Shown: piece after piece, positions 46,984 to 56,853 of the stretch | Layout: each line of letters starts with the position of its first letter | Position numbering within the stretch: position 1 is the first letter of the stretch | NCBI GenBank assembly: GCA_044229975.1 | Contig: JBGARZ010000004.1 | Location: 480,001 to 544,000 of the forward strand | DNA: 64,000 nucleotides | From: Polyangiales bacterium | Lineage (GTDB): Bacteria > Myxococcota_A > Polyangia > Polyangiales > Ga0077539 | Reading direction: 5' to 3' | Translations under genes and position numbers: made by a program | The notes under the pieces: generated by a model | What the model saw: the letters and a program-made list of their open reading frames with translations, nothing else | What the model was told of the DNA's origin: nothing | Database searches by the model: none

Positions 46984-48015
46984 ATGGCGGTCCCCGAGAC
47001 GCTGCGACGGTCGCTTCGGAGGGCGGTGGCGCTGCTGTGCGTTCCGCCCGCCGTGCTCGCGCTCGTCCGCCGTGAGCCGCGCGCGTGGGTGCTCATCGCC
47101 GCCGCCGCGCTCGTCGCCTGGTGGCTCGCCGGGCGCCTCGCGGATGCTGTTCGTGACGAGGCCGCGGCCGCCGCTGCTCGCCTGCGCGCGATGGCCGCGG
47201 GCGCACCCGACCCGTCGCCCTCCACCGACGGTGCGTTGCACCGGGCCGTCGACGCGTGGGGCGAGCGCTTCACCGAGGAGCGCGAACGTCACCGCGACGC
47301 TCTCACCCGCCTGGAGGAGACCGAGCGTCGGCGCGAGGCGTGGCTGGCGACGCTGCGCCACGAGCTTCGCACACCGCTCAACGCCATCGTCGGCTTCACC
47401 GAGCTGCTCGCCGCGGAGGTCGAGGGCCCCCTCACCGAAGCCCAGCGCGAAGACGTCGACACCATCGGTAACGCGGGCTCGCACCTCCGCCGGCTCGTCG
47501 AAGACGCCTTCGACCTGTCGGCCATGACCACCGGAACCTTCGCCGTCACCCGACAACGCACCAACGTCGCGGGCGTCGTGCGCGACGTGATGCGCGAGGC
47601 CGAAGGGCAGGCGCGCACCCGCGGTGTGTCGCTGTGCTGGGACGCTCCGCCCGAGGCCGACGCGTGGGTCGACGCTATCGCCATCCGGCGGGCGCTCACC
47701 AACCTCGTGGTCAACGCCATCGAGCACGCGGGCGGCGAGGTGGAGGTCACCCTGGAGGTGCGCCCGACGACCATCACCGTGGCCGTGCGGGACAACGGTC
47801 CGGGCATCGCGCCGGGTGAGCTCAAGCGACTGTTTCGCCCCTTCGAACGCGGGCACAGCGCCGAGGCGCGCGGCGCAGGGCTCGGGCTCGCCATCACCCT
47901 CGGGCTCGTCGAGGTCCATGGCGGAACCCTCTCCGCCCACACCAACGAAGACCGCGGGAGCACGTTCACGGTGACGCTGCCGGCGGGGATGATTCCGTTG
48001 GAGCCGGTGGCGTGA
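46984..48015 (+). CDS. Membrane sensor histidine kinase
   Basis: H box RHELRTPLN, N box NLVVNAI, G1 DNGPGI, G2 GAGLGLAI. Confidence 0.92.
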   Translation: MAVPETLRRSLRRAVALLCVPPAVLALVRREPRAWVLIAAAALVAWWLAGRLADAVRDEAAAAAARLRAMAAGAPDPSPSTDGALHRAVDAWGERFTEERERHRDALTRLEETERRREAWLATLRHELRTPLNAIVGFTELLAAEVEGPLTEAQREDVDTIGNAGSHLRRLVEDAFDLSAMTTGTFAVTRQRTNVAGVVRDVMREAEGQARTRGVSLCWDAPPEADAWVDAIAIRRALTNLVVNAIEHAGGEVEVTLEVRPTTITVAVRDNGPGIAPGELKRLFRPFERGHSAEARGAGLGLAITLGLVEVHGGTLSAHTNEDRGSTFTVTLPAGMIPLEPVA

Positions 48016-49076
48016 GCGGGCGCGCGAAGTCGGCGGTGGAGTCGCTCCCGGCGCGCGCGGCCTCGGCGCTGGGTGTTCCGCTTGCGATGGCGGGCGTCGG
48101 GGTCGGGCTGTGCGCGCCGCCGTCGTGGTGGTGGTGGGCCTGCACACTGGGTGCTCTGCTGCTGGGCGCGGCGGGCGCGCTGGCGGGGCTGACGTCTGGG
48201 CGGTGGGCGCGGGGCGAGCTGCGCGCGCGAGCGGCAACCATGGCCGACGCGGAAGGGGTCGCCGGGGTCGACGCGCTGGGCACGGCGCTGCTCACGGCGC
48301 AGCAGGCGATGGCGGCGATGAAGGCCGACCAGCGGCGGGCGATCACGACGCGGCTGGAGGGGGCGCGGCTGCGGTCGTTCGTGCTGGCGGGGGTGAGCCA
48401 CGACCTGCGCGGGCCGCTCAACAGCCTCGTCGGGTTCACGGACATCCTGGCCGCGGAGGTCGACGGTCCCCTCACGGCGGGGCAGGAGGAGAGCGTGGAG
48501 GCGCTCGCGCGTGGCGGGCGTGAGCTGTTGCGACGGGTCGATGATCTGCTCGACGCCGCGCGGCTCGACGCGGGGCGCATGACGCTCGACCGGTCGCGGG
48601 TGTCGCTGCATGTGCTGCTCGAAGCGGCGCGCACCATCGCGCTGGAGCGTCTCGGCGAGGCGGGCGCTTCGACCGACGGGCTGCGGGTGGACGGCGCCCT
48701 CGACGCGTCGGTGGTGGTCGACCGCGGGCGCATGGCGCAGGCGTTGGGCGCGCTGCTGGCGTTTGCGCGGGCGGCGTCGACGGAGGGATCGGCGCGGGCG
48801 GAGGTGCGGGTCGACGCGGAGGGTGCGTGCGCCATCACGCTGCCGGTGCCGGGGACGCAGGCGCTGCGGGCGTGGCTGGAGGACCCGTTGGAGGTTCCGC
48901 CCGCGGGGGTGCGCGCGCCGGTGGGCCTCGGGCTGGCGGTGAGCGTCGCGCGGCGGGTGATTGCGCTGCACGGCGGGGCGCTGGAGGCCGACGACGCGGT
49001 GGACGGGCGCATCACGCTGCGGGCGCGGCTGCCGGGCGACGAGACGGGGCGCAGCGGCCCTCCACCTGTGGGTTGA
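48012..49076 (+). CDS. Histidine kinase paralogue with degenerate ATPase domain
   Basis: H box SHDLRGPLN intact; no N-box Asn or G1 DxGxG; partial VGLGLA; GTGA overlap. Confidence 0.8.
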   Translation: MSGRAKSAVESLPARAASALGVPLAMAGVGVGLCAPPSWWWWACTLGALLLGAAGALAGLTSGRWARGELRARAATMADAEGVAGVDALGTALLTAQQAMAAMKADQRRAITTRLEGARLRSFVLAGVSHDLRGPLNSLVGFTDILAAEVDGPLTAGQEESVEALARGGRELLRRVDDLLDAARLDAGRMTLDRSRVSLHVLLEAARTIALERLGEAGASTDGLRVDGALDASVVVDRGRMAQALGALLAFARAASTEGSARAEVRVDAEGACAITLPVPGTQALRAWLEDPLEVPPAGVRAPVGLGLAVSVARRVIALHGGALEADDAVDGRITLRARLPGDETGRSGPPPVG

Positions 49077-49153
49077 TGGGCTGGTTTGACGGGAGGCTCC
49101 CGTGGTAGACGGATCGTTCCGGGGGCGCAGAGTGCTCACCCCACAAAAAACCG

Positions 49154-50146
49154 ATGGCTGAGCCCGCCCGAACCAAGTCCAACGGACCCATCTCCGCAGT
49201 TGCCCACGAGGTCGCCCAGAAGCTCTTCGGGGCCGTGTCGGTGGCGCTCACGGGCAAGCCCGACGTGGTCGAGCGCTCGGTCATCACGCTGCTGGCGCGC
49301 GGTCACCTGCTCATCGAGGACGTTCCGGGTGTGGGCAAGACCACCCTGGCGCGGGCCCTCGCGCGAGCGCTCGGCACCGAGTACCGCCGGGTGCAGTGCA
49401 CCAGCGACCTGATGCCGTCCGAGCTCCTCGGGGTCAACGTCTACAACGCGAGCGAGCGGCGCTTCGAGTTTCGTCCGGGGCCGGTGTTCACGCACTTCCT
49501 GGTGGCCGACGAGATCAACCGCGCGACGCCGAAGACGCAGAGCGCGCTGCTCGAAGTGATGAGCGAGCGGCAGGTGTCCATCGACGGCGTGACGCACCTG
49601 CTGGAAGAGCCCTTCGCGGTCATCGCGACGCAAAACCCCGACGACGCGGCGGGGACGTACCCGCTGCCCGAGTCGCAGCTCGACCGCTTTCTTTTGCGCA
49701 CGGCGGTGGGCTATCCGGCGGCGGCGGTGGAGAAGCAGATCCTCTCGACGCGCGGCGGCGTCGAGCCGGTGGACTCCATCGAGCCGGTGCTCACGCTGGC
49801 GCAGCTCGTGGCGGCGCAGCGCGAGGTCGACGGCGTGTCGCTGGAGTCGTCGGTGGTCGACTACGCGTACTCGCTGGTGAGCGCGACGCGAACGCACGAG
49901 CAGGTGGCGGTGGGCGTGTCGACGCGCGGGGCGCTGGCGTTCATCCGCGCGGCGAAGGCGCGGGCCATCGTGAAGGGTCGGTCGTACGTGATCCCCGACG
50001 ACCTGAGCGAGCTGGCGGTTCCGGTGCTGGCGCACCGGGTGCGGGTGCACGGGTCTGATCCGGGGCTCCTGCCGGGCGACGCGCGGCGCAACGACGCCGA
50101 GCGCATCGTGCACGAGATCGTGCAGCGGGTGGACGTCCCGCTCTGA
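49154..50146 (+). CDS. moxR: MoxR family AAA+ ATPase
   Basis: GHLLIEDVPGVGKTT, DLMPS, ADEINRATPKTQSALLE, ATQNP, GTYPLPESQLDRF. Confidence 0.93.
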   Translation: MAEPARTKSNGPISAVAHEVAQKLFGAVSVALTGKPDVVERSVITLLARGHLLIEDVPGVGKTTLARALARALGTEYRRVQCTSDLMPSELLGVNVYNASERRFEFRPGPVFTHFLVADEINRATPKTQSALLEVMSERQVSIDGVTHLLEEPFAVIATQNPDDAAGTYPLPESQLDRFLLRTAVGYPAAAVEKQILSTRGGVEPVDSIEPVLTLAQLVAAQREVDGVSLESSVVDYAYSLVSATRTHEQVAVGVSTRGALAFIRAAKARAIVKGRSYVIPDDLSELAVPVLAHRVRVHGSDPGLLPGDARRNDAERIVHEIVQRVDVPL

Positions 50147-50147
50147 T

Positions 50148-50990
50148 TCAGCCGTCCCACGAGGGGTAGCGCGCGATCAGGAAGATCGCCTCGGCCGTCA
50201 CCCGTTGCACGGCGTAGCCCGTTCGCCACAGCTCGATGAGCGCATCGAAGGGCGACGCCACGTCGCGGAAGCGTCGGCCCGCGACGGGCTTCGGCACCGC
50301 CCCGTGGGTCCCGAACACGAGCCCTTCGGCGACGGCCGCGCGCCAGAGAATGTCGTCGATGACGGGTCGGGCGATGATTTCGTGGATGTGGTTGAGGTCG
50401 CCGGGGCGCGCGAGGTTCTTGTACCGCCCGAGGTCGAAGCGGCCGGCGCCGGTGGCGCGCGAGACGAGGGCGCTGGCGACGGGGAGTCGGCCGAGGCCGG
50501 TGCGATCGGTGAGCGGCAGCGACGATGGCGTGGACATCACGATCGACCACGCGACGCGATCGGGTTGCGGCGCACCGGCGGACGCGAAGGGAGCGAGCCG
50601 GGCGACGAGCTCGCGGGCGAGGTCTTCGGCGGTGCCGACCCCGACGGCGTCCCGGCCGAGGACGAAGGCCACCATCGGATCAGGTGGCGAGGCGAGCAGC
50701 ACCGCGGGCCCCTGACCGTGGATGCGCACCGTGGGCGTGGCGTCGGTCGCGAGCCCGGCGGCGACGGCGCGTCGGGCGTCGACGACGAAGGCGCGGCGAG
50801 GGTGGTCGATCCAGTCGGCGGGGATGAGTCCGCGCGCGGCGAGGGTCTCCCAGGCTTCGCGTGGGTCACCGTCTTTGGGGACGGCGGCGCGCGCTTCGAC
50901 CGTCGACCCGGTGGGCGGGTTGAGGAAGGCAGACTGCACCTCGCCGTAGCGTCGGAGGGCGTCGATGTGAAGGGAGGCGTGGGAGATCAT
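50148..50990 (-). CDS. Hypothetical protein
   Basis: Long ORF in a gap between recognised genes; probable ATG 50990. Confidence 0.55.
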   Translation of the reverse strand: MISHASLHIDALRRYGEVQSAFLNPPTGSTVEARAAVPKDGDPREAWETLAARGLIPADWIDHPRRAFVVDARRAVAAGLATDATPTVRIHGQGPAVLLASPPDPMVAFVLGRDAVGVGTAEDLARELVARLAPFASAGAPQPDRVAWSIVMSTPSSLPLTDRTGLGRLPVASALVSRATGAGRFDLGRYKNLARPGDLNHIHEIIARPVIDDILWRAAVAEGLVFGTHGAVPKPVAGRRFRDVASPFDALIELWRTGYAVQRVTAEAIFLIARYPSWDG

Positions 50991-51012
50991 CGCGAGGTGC
51001 GCGGCGAAGGCA

Positions 51013-51480
51013 TCAGCCGTCGGCGAAGACCTCGTCGAGCGTGGCCGCGGTGGCTGCGCGGGTGATCCACCGGTCGAGCAGTGCGTTGTCCGTACAGTCG
51101 TCGACGCGGGTGCGAGCTGGGGTATCGAGCCGAAGACCGCGAGCGGACAGCACCGCGAACAGCGCCGTGGCCTTGCCGCGGGCTTCTCCACGGGCTTCCC
51201 CTCGGGCCTCGATCTCTTGTTCGAGGTCGTTGAACCAATTGGGCATCGGGATCTCGTCGACCTTCCGGACTCTCATCACCACCTCCCGCACCTGATCCGC
51301 CAACGCGTCGCTGATGACCGAGAGAATGCTGCGGGTCAGCTGCGCCTGCAACGCACGGTCCTTCCCGTGCGCGACACACTCCAGGGCTCGCGCGACCACC
51401 GCCCGCGCCTTCTTGCCCGAGCGTCGTCGCACCGCCCACGCCGCGAAGAACGCCAGCTCCGGTCGCCCCGTCGCCAGCAA
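51013..51480 (-). pseudogene. Isolated C-terminal part of an Rpn/PD-(D/E)XK transposase-like gene (or stand-alone small Rpn domain from ATG 51246)
   Basis: PELAFFAAWA...EARGEARGEARGKATALFAVLSARGL...RVDDCTDNALLDRWITRAATAATLDEVF; no nuclease domain upstream. Confidence 0.7.
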
Positions 51481-51504
51481 CGTCTCGGCCTCGCGTCCCT
51501 ACGT

Positions 51505-51543
51505 GGCCCACGCCGCAGCGTAAGCGCGGCGCGCAGCGGTCAG
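51505..51543. repeat. Single copy of the 36/54-bp REP-like family
   Basis: ggcccacgccgcagcgtaagcgcggcgcgcagcggtcag matches the unit at ~11395-11434 with 3 mismatches. Confidence 0.75.
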
Positions 51544-51588
51544 CCCAGCAGCCCGCGTCACCTACGCAAGATCTGTTAGCGTCCGCCG

Positions 51589-53361
51589 ATGCGGCGGTCG
51601 ATGGCGCTGGGCGGGGTAGCGCTGATGCTCGCGGTGAGCTGTGAGCGACCACGCACCGAGCTCGTGGTGCGCGTCGACTCGGAGGTTCCGTGGGGCGCCG
51701 GGCAGACGGTGCAGTCGGTGGTTCTCTCCGTGCGTCGTGGCGGAGCGACGGGCCCGCTGCGCAGCGCGCGCACGACGCCGCTGGGCGACGGCGGCGAGCG
51801 ACGGTTGCTGCCGCTGCTGGTGGGCGTGGTCGCGGCCAACGACGACACCGACACGCCGGTGTGGATCGAAGCGCTGGGCTGCGGCTCACCCAACGGCTGC
51901 GACGTGGCGGGCGCGGCGGTGGTGCAGCGCGCGGTGGTGCGCTTCGTGCGCGGGCAGACGCAGGAGCTGACGTTGCTGCTGGCGTCGGCGTGTGCGGGCA
52001 TCGCATGCCCGAGCGACCAGCGTTGCGCCGTGGCGACCGGCATGTGCGAGCCGGCCACGCGCGCCCAGGAGATGGTGCGGCCCTTCGACGGAGACGCGAC
52101 CGTCGCAGACGCTGGAACCAATGTGAGCGTCGACCGGCCTGCGATGGAGGTCGCGACGTCGCCCGATGCGACGACCGTGTTCGACGTGACGCCGGATCTC
52201 GCCACGGCGGACCTGCTTGCCGTGGAAGCGGCCGTCGACGTTCGGTTGGCGCGGGATGTTCCGGTGGTGAACGACATGCCCGTGACGCCGCCCGATGGGG
52301 ACGTGCCTTTCACCGACAGGGGCTCTCCGCCCGTCGACCTCGGAACACCACCCGTCGACGTCCCGGCGGCAACGGACTCCGCACCCACGACGGGTCGCTA
52401 CCTCGATCCCTGCGCCGCCAACACCGACTGCCTCTCGGGCGAGTGCCTCGAACTCACCAACGGCGCGCGGTTCTGCACCCGGCGATGCGCGGCGTCTTCG
52501 GACTGCGCTGACGGTTTCATCTGCAACAGCCCACCGGCGGGCACTGCGGCGCGGTGCGTTCCCGACGACATCGGCACGCCCTGCACCGTCGCAACGGCGA
52601 TGTCTTGCGCGCGCTTGTGCGTGGGCAACCCGGTGAGCGGCACGCAGGCGCACTGCACCCACGAGTGCAGCTCAGCAGCCGACTGTCCCGCGGGCTACGG
52701 CTGCCAGGACGCGGGCGGCGGAACCCGCGTCTGCATCTCCGCCGAACAGCCGTGCGCCCGTGCCAGCGAGTGCACCACCAACCTCTGCATCGGGATGACC
52801 AGCGGCTTCCAGGGCTGCACCTCGCGCTGCACCAGCGACAACGACTGCCCTCGACGCATGACACGCAACGACGCGGACGCCGGCGTCGTCGCGCTGCGGC
52901 CGTACCGCTGCCAGGTGGTGAGCGGCGAGCGCCTCTGCGTGCCGCCGTTGCAGTCCAACGGTGGCGACCTGATGGGGAGCGTCGCGCTCGGTGGCTCTTG
53001 CGGGTCGAGTGCATCGCCGCAATGCCGCAGCGGCGTGTGCGACGGAGAGACCAACGTCTGTGTGCAGGGGTGTACGCCGACGGGCGGGTGCCCGGCGGGC
53101 TTCGCGTGTCGACCGTGGGTCGATGGGACGGACGTCCATCTGGTGTGTCGGCGCTCGGTCTCGGGGGCGACGCTCATCGGGCGGTCGTGCTCGATCGGCG
53201 CCGATTGCGTCACCGGGCTCTGCCAGGGGACGAGCGCGACTCCGGGCTCACCGGCGTACTGCACGCGCCTCTGCAACGACCGGCTGTGCCCGACCGGGAT
53301 GACGTGCCGACCGCTCGGCTCGACCCTCGACGGGACGATGATCTCGCTCTGTCAGCCGTAG
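51589..53361 (+). CDS. Cys-rich lipoprotein
   Basis: LAVSC lipobox; TELVVRVDS N-terminal domain; D/V/P linker; multiple CTxxCxxxxDCPxGYxC repeats. Confidence 0.8.
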   Translation: MRRSMALGGVALMLAVSCERPRTELVVRVDSEVPWGAGQTVQSVVLSVRRGGATGPLRSARTTPLGDGGERRLLPLLVGVVAANDDTDTPVWIEALGCGSPNGCDVAGAAVVQRAVVRFVRGQTQELTLLLASACAGIACPSDQRCAVATGMCEPATRAQEMVRPFDGDATVADAGTNVSVDRPAMEVATSPDATTVFDVTPDLATADLLAVEAAVDVRLARDVPVVNDMPVTPPDGDVPFTDRGSPPVDLGTPPVDVPAATDSAPTTGRYLDPCAANTDCLSGECLELTNGARFCTRRCAASSDCADGFICNSPPAGTAARCVPDDIGTPCTVATAMSCARLCVGNPVSGTQAHCTHECSSAADCPAGYGCQDAGGGTRVCISAEQPCARASECTTNLCIGMTSGFQGCTSRCTSDNDCPRRMTRNDADAGVVALRPYRCQVVSGERLCVPPLQSNGGDLMGSVALGGSCGSSASPQCRSGVCDGETNVCVQGCTPTGGCPAGFACRPWVDGTDVHLVCRRSVSGATLIGRSCSIGADCVTGLCQGTSATPGSPAYCTRLCNDRLCPTGMTCRPLGSTLDGTMISLCQP

Positions 53362-53430
53362 CCTCACTCCGACCGTGCTCCCGTCACGGAGGTTGACGCC
53401 GACCGTGCCCGTCGGCTTCGATGCGAGCCG

Positions 53431-55557
53431 ATGACCTCACGACGACCGCGCGGTTGGTGGATGTTCGGTTTGCTCGTCGCGACGGGCTGTTCGTCGCCAC
53501 CCGCGGCCACCGAGGACGCTGCCGTCGTCGACGCGGGCTCCACCGACGTCGGCTCCACCGACGCGGGCGCGCCCGATGCTGGCGCGCTCGACGCAGCACC
53601 CTCTGACGCCCCGAAGCCCATGGACGTCCCGGTCGTCGCCAAGGACGTCCCGTCGACCCCCATCGACACGCCGCCTCCCTCCGACGTCACGCCCGCGATG
53701 GACACGCCGCCCGCCGTCGATGTCCCGCCCGTCATCGACACGCCGCCCGTCCCCGAAGACCGCGGCCCTCCGCCGCTCGCGTGCGAGTCCGCCGCGCTCG
53801 TCGACCTCAACGCGCGCACCGCCCCCGATGGCGGCGTCTCCCGCTACCTCGGAACCACCGCCGCCGCCCCCCGCGCCCCCTCGCTCCGCGCCACCTGCGT
53901 CGGCGCCGATGGAACCGGCGAGGCCGTCCACCAGGTCGTTCATCGGTACGTCCCGCGCGTCACCGGTCGGCTGCGCGTCAGCCTCGACGACACCGGCACC
54001 GACGCCACCTTCGACACGCTCCTCTTCGCCCAACGCGACTGCTTCCCCCTCCGCACCGGCGAAGACCCGCTCGGCTGCAACGACGACGTCGAAGAGTCCG
54101 TCGCCGCGCGCCCACGCTCCTCGGCGCTGCTCACCGGCCGCGTGCTCATGGGCGTCCCCATCTACATCGTCGTCGCCGGCTATCCCCGTGGTGCCGGTGA
54201 TCCGCTCCTCCCCCAAGGCGCCTACGCGCTGACGGTCACCGAGCTCCCCGAGGTGGCGCTCGGCGCAACATGTGACCTCACCGGCAACACCAACACCTGC
54301 GCCCCGGCCACCACCTGCGTCGACGGCGCAGCGGGCGCCGCTCCCCGCTGCACCGCCGACGGCGTCGCCGACACCCATTGCCGCGACGACGGCCGCGCCG
54401 AGTGCGAAGCGGGCCTGCGCTGCGCCGATGGGTTCTGTCGACGAGCGCTCGCGGCGGGCGCGGCGTGCGGGCCCGACATCGCCGGCGTGTGCCCCGAAGA
54501 GTCGAGCTGCCAATGGGTCGATGGCGCCAACCGCTGCGTGCGCACCGGCACCCGCGACGCCGACTGCCGCGACGATGGCGCGCGCTGTGACACCGGGCTG
54601 TCGTGCGTTCACACCCGCTCGGGCGACCACTGCCGCACCACCGTCGCGGCGGGCGCCGCGTGTGATCCGTGGGGCTTCCGCAACGCCTGCGCGACGGGCT
54701 CGGTGTGTGGCCTCGCGCCGCTCGGTGCGACCGGGACCTGCGTCGCCCCCGGCAGCGTCGCCGGTGCGCCGTGTCGCCCCTCGGGGACGCGCTGCGACAC
54801 CGGCCTGGAGTGTCGCCCCAGCCCCGACGGCGAGAACGAAGTCTGCGCCCGCTCCGTCGCCCCGGCCGGTCGCTGCGACCCGCTCAACGGCGTCTCCATC
54901 TGCACCATGGACACCGACTGCGTTCCCAACACTCCCCTCACGGACGGCGTGTGTGTTGCGCCCGGAACGGCGCCCGGCGCTCCGTGTCGCGGCGACGATC
55001 CGCGCTGCGACTCGGGCATCTCGTGCTCGGTCACCGAGGGTGATGGTCACTGCCAGCGCACGCTCGCGACCGGCACGGCGTGCGACCTGCGCTACGGCTC
55101 CACGCGATGCACTGGCGGGGCGTGCGTGGCGGACAGCGCGACGGCGGCGACGTGCCGCGCGGCCACGACGGAGACCGAGCCCAACGACACGGTCGCCTCG
55201 GCGACGCCCTTCACCGGCGCCTTCGCGGTGATGAGCGGCGCGCTCAACGGAACCGACGCGCGCGACTGCCTGCGCGTGACGGTCGCCGCCAGCTCGCAGG
55301 TGGTGATCGAGACGTACACGTCCGACGACCAGACCTGCCAGCGCGTCGACGGTGATCCGTCGGTGACGGTGTACGGGCCGTCGGGCGCCGAGATCGTCCA
55401 CGAGGACGACTCCCCCGGTCGCGGGCTGTGCACGACCATCGCGCCGTGGACCCACGCGCAGGCCATCGGTCTCGCCGCGGGCACCTACACCGTTTGCGTC
55501 GGCCGGGGCGGCGCCCCCGTGCCGCGATACCGCGTGTCCGTCGCGGTCTATCGCTGA
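53431..55557 (+). CDS. Cys-rich lipoprotein with PPC-like domains
   Basis: VATGC lipobox; FDTLL...GCNDD domain; Cys repeats; ETEPND and C-terminal DP..TVY...EDDS...GTYTV. Confidence 0.8.
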   Translation: MTSRRPRGWWMFGLLVATGCSSPPAATEDAAVVDAGSTDVGSTDAGAPDAGALDAAPSDAPKPMDVPVVAKDVPSTPIDTPPPSDVTPAMDTPPAVDVPPVIDTPPVPEDRGPPPLACESAALVDLNARTAPDGGVSRYLGTTAAAPRAPSLRATCVGADGTGEAVHQVVHRYVPRVTGRLRVSLDDTGTDATFDTLLFAQRDCFPLRTGEDPLGCNDDVEESVAARPRSSALLTGRVLMGVPIYIVVAGYPRGAGDPLLPQGAYALTVTELPEVALGATCDLTGNTNTCAPATTCVDGAAGAAPRCTADGVADTHCRDDGRAECEAGLRCADGFCRRALAAGAACGPDIAGVCPEESSCQWVDGANRCVRTGTRDADCRDDGARCDTGLSCVHTRSGDHCRTTVAAGAACDPWGFRNACATGSVCGLAPLGATGTCVAPGSVAGAPCRPSGTRCDTGLECRPSPDGENEVCARSVAPAGRCDPLNGVSICTMDTDCVPNTPLTDGVCVAPGTAPGAPCRGDDPRCDSGISCSVTEGDGHCQRTLATGTACDLRYGSTRCTGGACVADSATAATCRAATTETEPNDTVASATPFTGAFAVMSGALNGTDARDCLRVTVAASSQVVIETYTSDDQTCQRVDGDPSVTVYGPSGAEIVHEDDSPGRGLCTTIAPWTHAQAIGLAAGTYTVCVGRGGAPVPRYRVSVAVYR

Positions 55558-55608
55558 CACTGGTCGATCGCTTGTGGCGGAGGGCGCCGCCGGACTAGGC
55601 TGGCGCCC

Positions 55609-56811
55609 ATGAAGCGCTTCTTCCTTTGCGCGGCGCTGGTGGGCGCATGCTCGTCGCGCGCGAGCGGCCTCCCCGACTTCGACTCCGGCGTGAGCACCGA
55701 CCGCGGCACCGTCACCGACCTCGGAACACCCACCACGGACGTCCCGCCGAAGGGGAGTGACGTGCAGACGGCGGTCGACGCGGGCTTCCCGGTGGACATC
55801 CCGACGGCGGTCGACGTGGGCCTTCCGGTGGACGTCCCGCAGCCCGTCGACCTCGGCCCGTCGTGCGGATCAGACCGCGAGTGCAGCGCGCTCGACCTCG
55901 TCTGCGACCTGTCGCGCGGGGTCTGCGTGGAGTGCGTTCGCACGGAGGACTGCCTCGTCACGGGGCAGGTCTGCGCGAGCAACCGCTGCGTGGCGGGCTT
56001 CGACAGCGGAACGCCGCCGACCGACGTGGTGACGCCGCCGACCGACCGCGGCACGGTGACGCCGACCGACCGCGGGGTGATCCCCGACGCGGGCCCTGGG
56101 GCGGCGCTGCTCGCGGGCCTCGGCGGGCCCAACGGCTACGGCCCGCTGGAGAACTGCTCCGCCCCGTCGGACGACGGCTCGTACGTCGGGCCGCCGGTGG
56201 ATGGTGGCACGGGGTCGAGCGCCATCGCGCTGGGGACGGGCTTCGGCGCGGGGTTGTTGCTCGGGTCGATGCGGTACCCGTCGATCTATCTCAACAACAA
56301 CGGCAACCTCTCCTTCCGCGGAGCGCTCAGCGAGTACACGGCGGCGCGCTTCCCTCGCGGCACCGGCGTCCCGATGATCGCGCCGTGGTGGGGCGACGTG
56401 GACACCCGCGGCGGCGGTCAGCCCTCGCGCAACCACGTGTGCTTCGTGTCGGAGCCGTCGCGCTTCGTCGCGACCTGGTACCGCGTCGGTTACTTCACCA
56501 GCGCGGTCGACCGGCTCAACTCCTTCCAGGTCATCGTGACCCCCGCTGGGGCGGCGGGGTCGGGGGACTTCGACGCGGAGTTCCGTTACGGGCTCTGCCA
56601 ATGGACGACGGGTGACGCCTCGGGCGGGACGGGCGGCCTCGGTGGCACCCCCGCGCAGGCCGGCATCGACGTCGGCGACTCGACCAACGCGGTGTCCTTC
56701 CCGGGGTCGGGCACCGCCGATGTGCTGTACCTCTGCACCACGTCCAACGTCGGCATCCCCGGCGTGTGGCGCGTCCAGGTTCGCTCGGGCATTCCGCGCA
56801 ATCCCATTTGA
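55609..56811 (+). CDS. Lipoprotein with nidogen-like (NIDO) domain
   Basis: LVGAC lipobox; SDDGS, YLNNNGNLSF, IAPWWGDVDTR, ATWYRVGYF, NSFQV, QWTTGDASGG, SNVGIPGVW. Confidence 0.85.
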   Translation: MKRFFLCAALVGACSSRASGLPDFDSGVSTDRGTVTDLGTPTTDVPPKGSDVQTAVDAGFPVDIPTAVDVGLPVDVPQPVDLGPSCGSDRECSALDLVCDLSRGVCVECVRTEDCLVTGQVCASNRCVAGFDSGTPPTDVVTPPTDRGTVTPTDRGVIPDAGPGAALLAGLGGPNGYGPLENCSAPSDDGSYVGPPVDGGTGSSAIALGTGFGAGLLLGSMRYPSIYLNNNGNLSFRGALSEYTAARFPRGTGVPMIAPWWGDVDTRGGGQPSRNHVCFVSEPSRFVATWYRVGYFTSAVDRLNSFQVIVTPAGAAGSGDFDAEFRYGLCQWTTGDASGGTGGLGGTPAQAGIDVGDSTNAVSFPGSGTADVLYLCTTSNVGIPGVWRVQVRSGIPRNPI

Positions 56812-56853
56812 TGATCGTTGAACTCTCTCTCTTCCAACAAAGCGGTGGCGACA

